IMG/VR virus record: IMGVR_UViG_3300030330_001746
Coordinates: 1 to 35,380 of that record
DNA length: 35,380 bases
Reading direction: 5' to 3' (one strand)
Source: a virus
Lineage: Duplodnaviria > Caudoviricetes
The translations under genes and the position numbers were made by a program. Shown in pieces: positions 8,753-16,260 of the stretch (positions are counted from its first letter, which is position 1; every line of letters begins with the position of its first letter). Under the pieces are notes generated by a model. The model had not been told where the DNA came from, made no database searches, and worked only from the letters and a program-made list of their open reading frames with translations.

Positions 8753-10039
8753 ATGAGTACCCAGGTGACACAGGCGTTCGTGAATCAGTTTTCGTCGAAC
8801 GTCGAAATGCTCAGCCAACAGATGGGAAGTCTGTTGCGCGGCGCCGTTGACAGCGAGTCTGTCACCGGAGAAAAGGCCTTCTTCGACCAGATCGGTAAAT
8901 AACTTTGCCTAGTTAGTGTGAAAGCACTTTCTGAAAACCCATCAAATTCGGTGAAGGCTTTAAAATGCTAATACCGAGCGAAGCCCGATTGGGAACGTGT
9001 AGAGACTAGACGGTGGGGGCCGTAACATTCAGTTGACGGTCGAGGTATAGTCCAGACCACAAACAGCGGAAGCTGGCGGCGAAAGCCGTAGCTGGTACGG
9101 AAGCAGCAGCAATAGCGCGCACTTCACGGCACGGAGATACGCCACTTGTCGAGACGCCTCACTCTCGGCGACAGGTTAGCTTAACAACGTATGAGTGGGC
9201 CGACCTCAATGGGGTCGTAACTGGGTGAATTGCTGGAAAGCTAAGTCCGCAAGGATATGCCAATCAGCATCCAAGCTCGAAAGAGAAGGTTCAGAGACTA
9301 TCCGCAAGGAGTACACCGCGAGCGCGGTGGAAGCGCCCAGACCCGATAAGGGTAAGATATAGTCCGATCCTGCGGGAAACCGTAGGCAGCGAAAGCGGGC
9401 CAAGGTTAGCGACCTTGGTTGAACAAATACATTGATGATGCGGACAAGGTCCGCATGTTGATAGATCCAACATCCTCGTATGCACGCGCCGCCGCTGCGG
9501 CAATCGGGCGAGCGATGGATGATGAGATCATCGATGCCCTTGGCGGCACAGCCAAGACTGGCAAAGACGGGACGACTTCAACAGCGTTCCCGGCAAGCCA
9601 AAAAATAGCGGTTGCGTCCTCTGGACTTACAATCGCAAAACTGGTCAACGCAAAAAAGATCCTTGATCAGAACAACGTCGATGCATCGATTAAAAAATAC
9701 ATCGTTGTATCACCCGAGCAGATTGAGGATTTGCTCAACAATACAACCGTGACTTCGAGCGACTTCAACACTGTTAAAGCTTTAGCTCAAGGTGACATTT
9801 CAAGTTTTGTTGGTTTCGAATTTATCGTGTCTAACCGTCTAAGCGTTGACGGGTCGAGTGATCGACTCTGCTACGCCTGGGCTCAAGACGGCGTTAAGCT
9901 CGCAATTGGCAAAGACGTAATGGCGCGTGTCGAAGAGCGCGCCGACAAAAGTTTTTCAACGCAAGTCTACTATTGCAGTACTTTCGGGGCGACCCGTATG
10001 CAAGAAGACAAAGTCGTTGAAATTGCTTGTAGTGAGTAA
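8753..10039 (+). CDS. Major capsid protein, spliced: join(8753-8896, 9100-9206, 9430-10039), 286 aa
   Basis: AGGAG RBS. Exons of 144+107+610=861 nt join into a continuous frame: MSTQVTQAFVNQFSSNVEMLSQQMGS...FFDQIG|EAAAIARTSRHGDTP...YEWADL|IDDADKVRMLIDPTSSY...KVVEIACSE. Confidence 0.9.
8897..9099 (+). ncRNA. Group I intron 1 (203 nt, IC3/Azoarcus-like)
   Basis: 5' exon ends in U; intron ends in G. P AAAUUCGGUGAA, Q AAUACCGAGCGAAGC, R GUGUAGAGACUAGACGG, S GGUAUAGUCC; P3 CCCAUC/GGUGGG; P10 CUUU/GAAG. Confidence 0.9.
9207..9429 (+). ncRNA. Group I intron 2 (223 nt, IA-like with P7.1/P7.2; terminal nucleotide A)
   Basis: P1 CGACCU/GGGUCG with U.G pair; P GAAUUGCUGGAA, Q AAUCAGCAUCCAAGC, R GUUCAGAGACUA, S AAGAUAUAGUCC; P3 CUGGGUG/CGCCCAG; P10 CAAUG/CAUUG. 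Confidence 0.88.
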
Positions 10040-10055
10040 GGAAGGAGACTGAACA

Positions 10056-10532
10056 ATGGCTACTGTTTTTAGTAATGTTCGGACCGACCTGACTCAGGAC
10101 GATCCGAAAGAATTCGTCAAAGCTAATCAGCTTGGCGGTTCCGTTCGCGTGGCACATGCCACGTTTGAAGCTTCTAGTTTAGCTTCTGGAGACGTCATCG
10201 AGATGTTTGCGTTGCCGCAAGGCGCGCGCGTTCTCGGCGGCTATCTCTACAATGATGCGTTAGGGTCTTCGACAACTCTTTCGGTTGGTCACTCTGCCCA
10301 CACCAATGGCGCTGGCGCGTCAGTGGCGGCAGACGCAGATGAGTACCTGGCGGCAACGTCAACGTCCTCCGCTGCGCGCACCGATATTGCCGCTACGCTC
10401 GCCCTCTCGGCGAACACCGTGGTAGACATCAGTCAATCGGTAATTGACAACGAGTTTGTCGTTACAGTGACGATGGGCGGTGCCGCCGGCACTGGCACCA
10501 TCGAGCTGATGATGATGTACGCTGTCGATTAA
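10056..10532 (+). CDS. Capsid decoration/minor virion protein
   Basis: AAGGAG RBS; follows the capsid gene; beta-rich, GDVIEMFALPQGARV motif. Confidence 0.65.
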   Translation: MATVFSNVRTDLTQDDPKEFVKANQLGGSVRVAHATFEASSLASGDVIEMFALPQGARVLGGYLYNDALGSSTTLSVGHSAHTNGAGASVAADADEYLAATSTSSAARTDIAATLALSANTVVDISQSVIDNEFVVTVTMGGAAGTGTIELMMMYAVD

Positions 10533-10538
10533 TAGTTT

Positions 10539-10568
10539 AGGGGGGCTTCTGGCCCCCCTTTTCTTTTT
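10539..10568 (+). terminator. Intrinsic terminator after the capsid genes
   Basis: AGGGGGGC-TTCTG-GCCCCCCT hairpin followed by TTTCTTTTT. Confidence 0.8.
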
Positions 10569-10579
10569 AAGGAATTCAC

Positions 10580-11170
10580 ATGGCATCCGACGTTGATATC
10601 TGCAACTCGGCGCTGAACATGATCGGCGCCAGCAACATTGTGTCGCTGACAGAAGACAGTCGAGCTGCGCGCATTTGTAATCAGCGCTTTGAATTTGTTC
10701 GCGATGCCGTAAGCCGCGCCCACCCGTGGAATTGCCTATTGCGTCGGACGTCAATTGCCGCTGAGAGCGAGGCGCCGGCATTTGAATTTGAGCATCAGCA
10801 TTTGATGCCGAATGATCCGTTTTGCCTTCGCGTAATTAGAGCTGAAGATCTCGACACAATCTTTCGTGTCGAAGGCCGTAAAATTTTATCAAACACAACG
10901 CCTTTTAATTTTATTTTTGTGGCGCGTGTTACTGACCCGAATGAGTATGACCAGCTATTGCTTGAGGCAATGGCTGCGCGCCTGGCAGCGGACATTTCGT
11001 ATGGCTTGGTGAATAGTCCACAACTCACGCAAACGCTTTTTCAACTTTACGAAACCAAAGTTAGTGAAGCGCGCTTTGTCGATGCCAGTGAAGGCACACC
11101 GGATAACGTAACAAACCAAGATCGCAGCTTGTTTATTGAAAGCGATGTATTCACGAGCGCGAGGCTTTAG
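10580..11170 (+). CDS. Tail tubular protein A / adaptor (T7 gp11-like)
   Basis: SDVDICNSALNMIGA...HPWNC motif; position after capsid genes. Confidence 0.85.
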   Translation: MASDVDICNSALNMIGASNIVSLTEDSRAARICNQRFEFVRDAVSRAHPWNCLLRRTSIAAESEAPAFEFEHQHLMPNDPFCLRVIRAEDLDTIFRVEGRKILSNTTPFNFIFVARVTDPNEYDQLLLEAMAARLAADISYGLVNSPQLTQTLFQLYETKVSEARFVDASEGTPDNVTNQDRSLFIESDVFTSARL

Positions 11171-13635
11171 TGGCTAAAGTTACAAAAGCCTTTCAAAATT
11201 TTACCGCCGGCGAAATTACTGAGCGACTGCATGGCCGCACAGATATTTCAAAGTACGAAAACGGCGCCGAAATTGTTGAAAATTTTGTGGTGCAACCACA
11301 TGGCGGATGCACAAGGCGGCCCGGCACGCGATTTATTGCTGAGGTCAAAAATAGTGCCAACCCCGTTACTTTAATTACGTTCGAATTTAACGTCGAGCAA
11401 ACGTACATACTGGAATTCGGTCCATCGTATTTCAGAGTGTTTAAAGATGGTGGTGTAGTAGAGTCCGGTGGTTCGCCTGTTGAGGTTGCTACGCCGTATA
11501 CCGCCGCCGATCTCGATACTTTAAAGTATGCGCAAAGCGGCGACGTTATGTATATCGTTTCGCCAAATCATGCTGTTCGTAAGATTGAGCGCACAAGCGA
11601 TACAGCCTGGTCGTTAAGTGTTGTTGATCTTCTACGCGGTCCGTTTCTTGATCGAAACATTACAACGACGACGCTAACGTCAAGCGCACACACAGGCTCC
11701 GTTACAATTACTGCTTCTGCGTCTTTATTTGTAAGTACCGACGTTGGGCGTTTGATTAAGATACAAGAGGGCTTTGTTAAAATTACCGGCTTTTCGTCGG
11801 CGACGTCAGTGACTGGCACAGTTCAAGAGCTTGAAGATGGTCGCTCAGAAATAATGCCGACATATGCTGCGTCTTTGGTTTTCCACGAGGGCGATCCTGA
11901 CAGCACTGGGCTGGAGCATAATGATCGAATTGAAGATGCCGCCGCAGGCTTTATTGATCAGGGTTTTAAAAGTGGGCAAACGATTACGATAAGCGGCACA
12001 TCGAGCAACAATACGAGTTCAGGCTTTTTACTCGTTGATGTAACCGATAGCGTTTTAACTTTGGCACCTGGTGCTGATCTTACGAATGAGACTGCTTCAG
12101 CTACGGTTCAAGGTAAACTTGAGGCGGTGGACAATTGGTCGCTAGGAGCGTTCAGCGAGACGTCAGGTTTTCCGCGCGCTGTCGCATTTTACGAAGAGCG
12201 GCTTGTCTTTGCCGGCACCAGCAATCAACCGCAAACTTTGTTTTTCAGTCAGGGCGGTGACTTTGAAAACTTCGAAGCCGGCACGGAAGACGATGACGGC
12301 ATGGTGTTCACGCTAGGCTCTAATTTTGTCAACGTCATACGTTTTCTTGCAAGCACGCGAAATCTGATTGTTGGCACGAGTGGCGGCGAGTTTGTTGTCA
12401 GGGCCGGCGCAACCGACGAGGCAATCACGCCGACTAACATTCAGATTAAACAGCAAACCTCGCACGGTTCAGCCGACACCTCGCCCATTCAAGCCGGCAA
12501 CGCCACGCTTTTTATTCAAAGGGCAAAACGAAAAGTACGTGAGCTGCAATTTAATTTTGATGTTGATGGATTTGTCGCACCCGACGTTACAATAATTTCT
12601 GAACATATCACCGAGTCCGGCCTGGTCGAAATGAGCTACCAGCAAGAACCCGACTCAGTAATTTGGTGCGTGCGAACAGACGGGCAGCTCGCCTGTTTAA
12701 CATACAAACGTGAAGAACAAGTCACAGGGTGGAGCCGGCAGATTATTGGCGGCGCATTTGGCACAGGCAATGCGGTGGTCGAACGTGTCGGCGTTATTCC
12801 TGGCGACCTTGATGAGGATGAAATCTATTTGGTTGTGAAGCGCACAATAAACGGCGCAACCAAACGCTACATCGAATTTATTAAAGACTTCGAATTCGGC
12901 ACTGACGTTAACAACGCCGTATTCGTTGACAGCTCGCTAACTTTTACCGGCGTCACAAGTACGCTAAACGGACAAATTAGCGCGACGGCAACGACAATTA
13001 CATTAACTGATAGCTCGTCTTTTCCAGCGTCTGGCGCTGTTAAAATTGGCACAGAAATTATTACCTACACCGGCAACAGTTCGAACCAACTTACGGGCTG
13101 CACGCGCGGCGTCGTTGGCGCTGCCGCAATCCATGCCAGCGGTGCAACGGTAAAGCACGCCGCGACGACACTATCGGGTTTAGGTCATTTAGAAGGGCAA
13201 ACGGTTTCTATTCTCGCCGATGGTTCGGTTCATGCTGATAAGACGGTTTCGTCTGGTGCAATTACGCTCGATCGGCACGTAACAAAGGCGCATGTTGGGT
13301 TGCCATACAACAGCACGCTGCGCACTTTGCGCGTTAACGCCGGCGCTACTGACGGCGTGGCGCAGGGCAAGATAAAGCGCATAAATGAGTTAACAGTGCG
13401 TCTCTATCGATCGGTTGGTCTACAAGTTGGACGCAACGAAAATAACCTAGACATTGTTCCGTTCAGGTCATCTGCCGACGCGATGGACGCGCCTATTGAG
13501 CTGTTCAGCGGCGATAAAGAAATTGAGCTTAATGGTTATTACGACACAAAAGGTCAGCTAACCATTCGACAGGATCAACCGCTGCCGATGACAGTGCTGG
13601 CGGCCTATGCGACTTTGACAACTTTTGAACAGTGA
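11170..13635 (+). CDS. Tail tubular protein B / nozzle (T7 gp12-like)
   Basis: NFTAGEI...GRTD, PHGG..RRPGTRFI and FPRAVAFYEERLVFAG motifs; C-terminal QDQPLPMTV. Confidence 0.88.
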   Translation: MAKVTKAFQNFTAGEITERLHGRTDISKYENGAEIVENFVVQPHGGCTRRPGTRFIAEVKNSANPVTLITFEFNVEQTYILEFGPSYFRVFKDGGVVESGGSPVEVATPYTAADLDTLKYAQSGDVMYIVSPNHAVRKIERTSDTAWSLSVVDLLRGPFLDRNITTTTLTSSAHTGSVTITASASLFVSTDVGRLIKIQEGFVKITGFSSATSVTGTVQELEDGRSEIMPTYAASLVFHEGDPDSTGLEHNDRIEDAAAGFIDQGFKSGQTITISGTSSNNTSSGFLLVDVTDSVLTLAPGADLTNETASATVQGKLEAVDNWSLGAFSETSGFPRAVAFYEERLVFAGTSNQPQTLFFSQGGDFENFEAGTEDDDGMVFTLGSNFVNVIRFLASTRNLIVGTSGGEFVVRAGATDEAITPTNIQIKQQTSHGSADTSPIQAGNATLFIQRAKRKVRELQFNFDVDGFVAPDVTIISEHITESGLVEMSYQQEPDSVIWCVRTDGQLACLTYKREEQVTGWSRQIIGGAFGTGNAVVERVGVIPGDLDEDEIYLVVKRTINGATKRYIEFIKDFEFGTDVNNAVFVDSSLTFTGVTSTLNGQISATATTITLTDSSSFPASGAVKIGTEIITYTGNSSNQLTGCTRGVVGAAAIHASGATVKHAATTLSGLGHLEGQTVSILADGSVHADKTVSSGAITLDRHVTKAHVGLPYNSTLRTLRVNAGATDGVAQGKIKRINELTVRLYRSVGLQVGRNENNLDIVPFRSSADAMDAPIELFSGDKEIELNGYYDTKGQLTIRQDQPLPMTVLAAYATLTTFEQ

Positions 13636-14072
13636 TTTTAGCGCCGTTTGAGTTTGAACATGCTGAGGCGTTGTTAGCTGAAAATTTAAATGATGATCGC
13701 AATCGCCCATCGTTTGGTTTTGTTGAGCATCTTGTTCAACGCGATATGGCTTTCACGTTTATTGACCACGGGCATTTGATTGCCATTAGCGGTATACAGC
13801 CCTTATGGCCTGGCGCCGGCGAAGCCTGGCTAATGGCAAGCGACAAATTAGACACACACAAAATTTCGGTCAGTCGAATTTGTCGGCGCTGGATGCGCAA
13901 GATCGCAAACGAGCAAGATCTGCACCGAGTGCAGGCGCACATGAAAAGTGATTGGCCCGAGTTATCGCGCTGGGCGCGTTTTCTCGGCATGGAATTCGAA
14001 GGGACGATTAGGCAAATGACGCCAGATCGTGAGGACTACGATATGTACAGTTGGGTGCGAAAATGGGTATAG
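13632..14072 (+). CDS. GNAT-like virion assembly protein (T7 gp13 position)
   Basis: GIQPLWPGAGEAW...LHRVQA...RWARFLGMEFEG; follows the nozzle gene. Confidence 0.7.
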   Translation: MILAPFEFEHAEALLAENLNDDRNRPSFGFVEHLVQRDMAFTFIDHGHLIAISGIQPLWPGAGEAWLMASDKLDTHKISVSRICRRWMRKIANEQDLHRVQAHMKSDWPELSRWARFLGMEFEGTIRQMTPDREDYDMYSWVRKWV

Positions 14073-14629
14073 ATCCAGTTACACTTGGTGTAGCAAGTTT
14101 AGCGGTTAGTGCGGTTGGCACCGGCGCGCAAATGATGGGCGCTCGCGACCAGGCGAGTGGTCTTCGCGCCGCCGGTGCTGGTGCGTTAGCTACCGCAGAA
14201 TTTAATAATAAAATTCGATTGCGTAATGAGCGTGTAGCAAAACAAGAAGCTGATTTGCGTGAGCGCGTTGGTGATCGTGAGGCGTTACGGTTCCGCAAAA
14301 AATTCAGCAAGCTGCAAGCCACCACTGAGACAGCGTTTCGCAAAAACACTGGCTCAGCCTCAACCGGCACGCCTCTGCTTGTTCTTATGGATAGTGCCAA
14401 CGAAGCCGAGGAAGAGGTGCAGCTCATTGACTTGGCGGCACGCACCGAAGCCGGGCGAATTCGCGAGCAAGGACTTAACCAGCGCTTTGCTGGTCAACTT
14501 GCATTGCTGGAAGGCCGTCAGCAACAACTCGGATTCAACATTAAGGCGCGCGCGGTTCAGCAACAGGCATTTGCTGACGCCTTTAGCTCTCTCGGTAGTT
14601 TAGGCTTTAAGGCGAGTCAGATTGTATGA
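14063..14629 (+). CDS. Internal virion/ejection protein (gp14-like)
   Basis: Hydrophobic Gly/Ala-rich N-terminus (DPVTLGVASLAVSAVGTG), coiled coil, TGTPL motif; synteny. Confidence 0.65.
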   Translation: MGIDPVTLGVASLAVSAVGTGAQMMGARDQASGLRAAGAGALATAEFNNKIRLRNERVAKQEADLRERVGDREALRFRKKFSKLQATTETAFRKNTGSASTGTPLLVLMDSANEAEEEVQLIDLAARTEAGRIREQGLNQRFAGQLALLEGRQQQLGFNIKARAVQQQAFADAFSSLGSLGFKASQIV

Positions 14630-16260
14630 AGGTTCCAACGTATACATCTCAAACGGCTATTCCGACGCGCGGGCAAGGGCAATTTGTGACAGCTCAGCTT
14701 AGCACAAGCGCCATGACAGCGCCGGCGCTTGCAGCCGCTGAGGCCGGCGCAATGTTAAAGCAGTCGGGCAAAAAGATATCAGCGCTTGGTAACGCCGGCG
14801 CTGACTTTGCCATTAAAAAAATTCAAATTGCTGATGAGGCAAAGGCGACGGCGGCGGCTAATGATTATGAATTAGCAATTAATGAAAGCAGCGAGGCAGC
14901 TTTAAAAATTGCTGATACCAATCAAGCAGAAATTCAATTTAATCGTGATTTAAAATTAATTGAAGGCGTCCAACGATCAAAGCTTACAAGCACAAGGCAA
15001 AAGCAAAGTTTTCAAAACAAAGTAGCAGAAAGGCGGCTGCGCGCCACGCTCGATTTTCGAAAGCAAAATAACAAGCGCGTAGTCGACCAGCGTAAGGCAA
15101 CCTTAAATCAAACTGAAGAGTTTGCTATTCGCGCCGGGTCCGACATTACAAAAAGTGTGGCGGTGCGTAATCAATCTTTAGCTGAGGGCATAGCTCAAAT
15201 TACAGCGGCGGGAGTTGATATCGGTTTCGATGAAGTTCAAGAACGACTTGAAAGTTTAACGAAATCGACAATTGCAAGCACGCTGGCAAACATGACGAAT
15301 ACGGAAAATGCTGACGCATTGCGCATCATTTCTGATTTCCGAGCCGGCAACAGTCCCGATCCAATTATACAATCAGCGCAAAAACTTTTAACGCCTGAAC
15401 AGTTAAATAAAATTGCTGATGACGCTTTGAAGGGCGCTAACCGTGTCATTAAAGCGCGTAAGAACGCGCGCGAGGAAGCAGACAGACAATCGAATGTTGC
15501 TAACGATGAAATTTATAATAAAGCCATAAACGCTGATTTTAACGACCCAGCTCAGAGACAATTAGCTGAAGACGCGCATAAACTTTTATTAGAATCTGGG
15601 TATTACGAAACGCCGGCAAAACGAAACGCAATTGAGGGTCTTTTGTACCCAGAAAAAGCGGGCGGTAAATTTGTGGAAACAGAAGAGTCGCGAGAGTTAG
15701 AGGCATCGCTAGAGGAATTAGAAAGCCTCGATCAATTAACTTATGAGGTATTGATAGAGGCCAGAGGCAGAGTTAGCTCAGGGTTTTACAGCAAGATGCT
15801 TCAGCAACTTGAAGGTGATCGGAATGACGCTGAAAAAGAAGGCATACAGCTCTTTAAAGATGCTTTCGATTTTGTAGAGCAAAGTGACTCAAAGCGTTTA
15901 AAGACGCCGTCGCGAATGGCATTCCGCAAAGCAAGTATTCAATTCCGCACATGGGTATCAAAAAAAGAAAATAGAACAAAAACACCAGACGAAATTTTAG
16001 AAAAATCACGCTCTATTGTTAAGGACATGCAAGTCCAGTTCGCCGAAGCACAGCGTAAATTTCGTCAAGCTGAATTACAGGCAGCTCATTCTCAATTGCA
16101 AGGAGTATACAAGGGGGCTGTGCCAGATCCGTCGAGTAACAGCATCGAAGAGGTTAAAGCTGGGTTAACCAGATTATTAGTTAAATATCCTAATGATGCG
16201 AAACTTTTAGGGTTGTTAAATTTAATAAACGAAGAATTTACGCTTCAGGTGTTTGAATGA
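14626..16260 (+). CDS. Internal virion/ejection protein (544 aa)
   Basis: MKVPTY start; helical composition; synteny. Confidence 0.6.
   Translation: MKVPTYTSQTAIPTRGQGQFVTAQLSTSAMTAPALAAAEAGAMLKQSGKKISALGNAGADFAIKKIQIADEAKATAAANDYELAINESSEAALKIADTNQAEIQFNRDLKLIEGVQRSKLTSTRQKQSFQNKVAERRLRATLDFRKQNNKRVVDQRKATLNQTEEFAIRAGSDITKSVAVRNQSLAEGIAQITAAGVDIGFDEVQERLESLTKSTIASTLANMTNTENADALRIISDFRAGNSPDPIIQSAQKLLTPEQLNKIADDALKGANRVIKARKNAREEADRQSNVANDEIYNKAINADFNDPAQRQLAEDAHKLLLESGYYETPAKRNAIEGLLYPEKAGGKFVETEESRELEASLEELESLDQLTYEVLIEARGRVSSGFYSKMLQQLEGDRNDAEKEGIQLFKDAFDFVEQSDSKRLKTPSRMAFRKASIQFRTWVSKKENRTKTPDEILEKSRSIVKDMQVQFAEAQRKFRQAELQAAHSQLQGVYKGAVPDPSSNSIEEVKAGLTRLLVKYPNDAKLLGLLNLINEEFTLQVFE

Noticed and set aside
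8753-9430. Capsid pseudogene or programmed frameshift
   Set aside because: The interruptions carry full group I cores with P1/P10 pairings, and their removal restores the frame exactly.
9419-10039. 206-aa ORF with a TTG start as the complete capsid protein
   Set aside because: The start lies inside intron 2 and has no RBS; the N-terminal capsid sequence is in the upstream exons.
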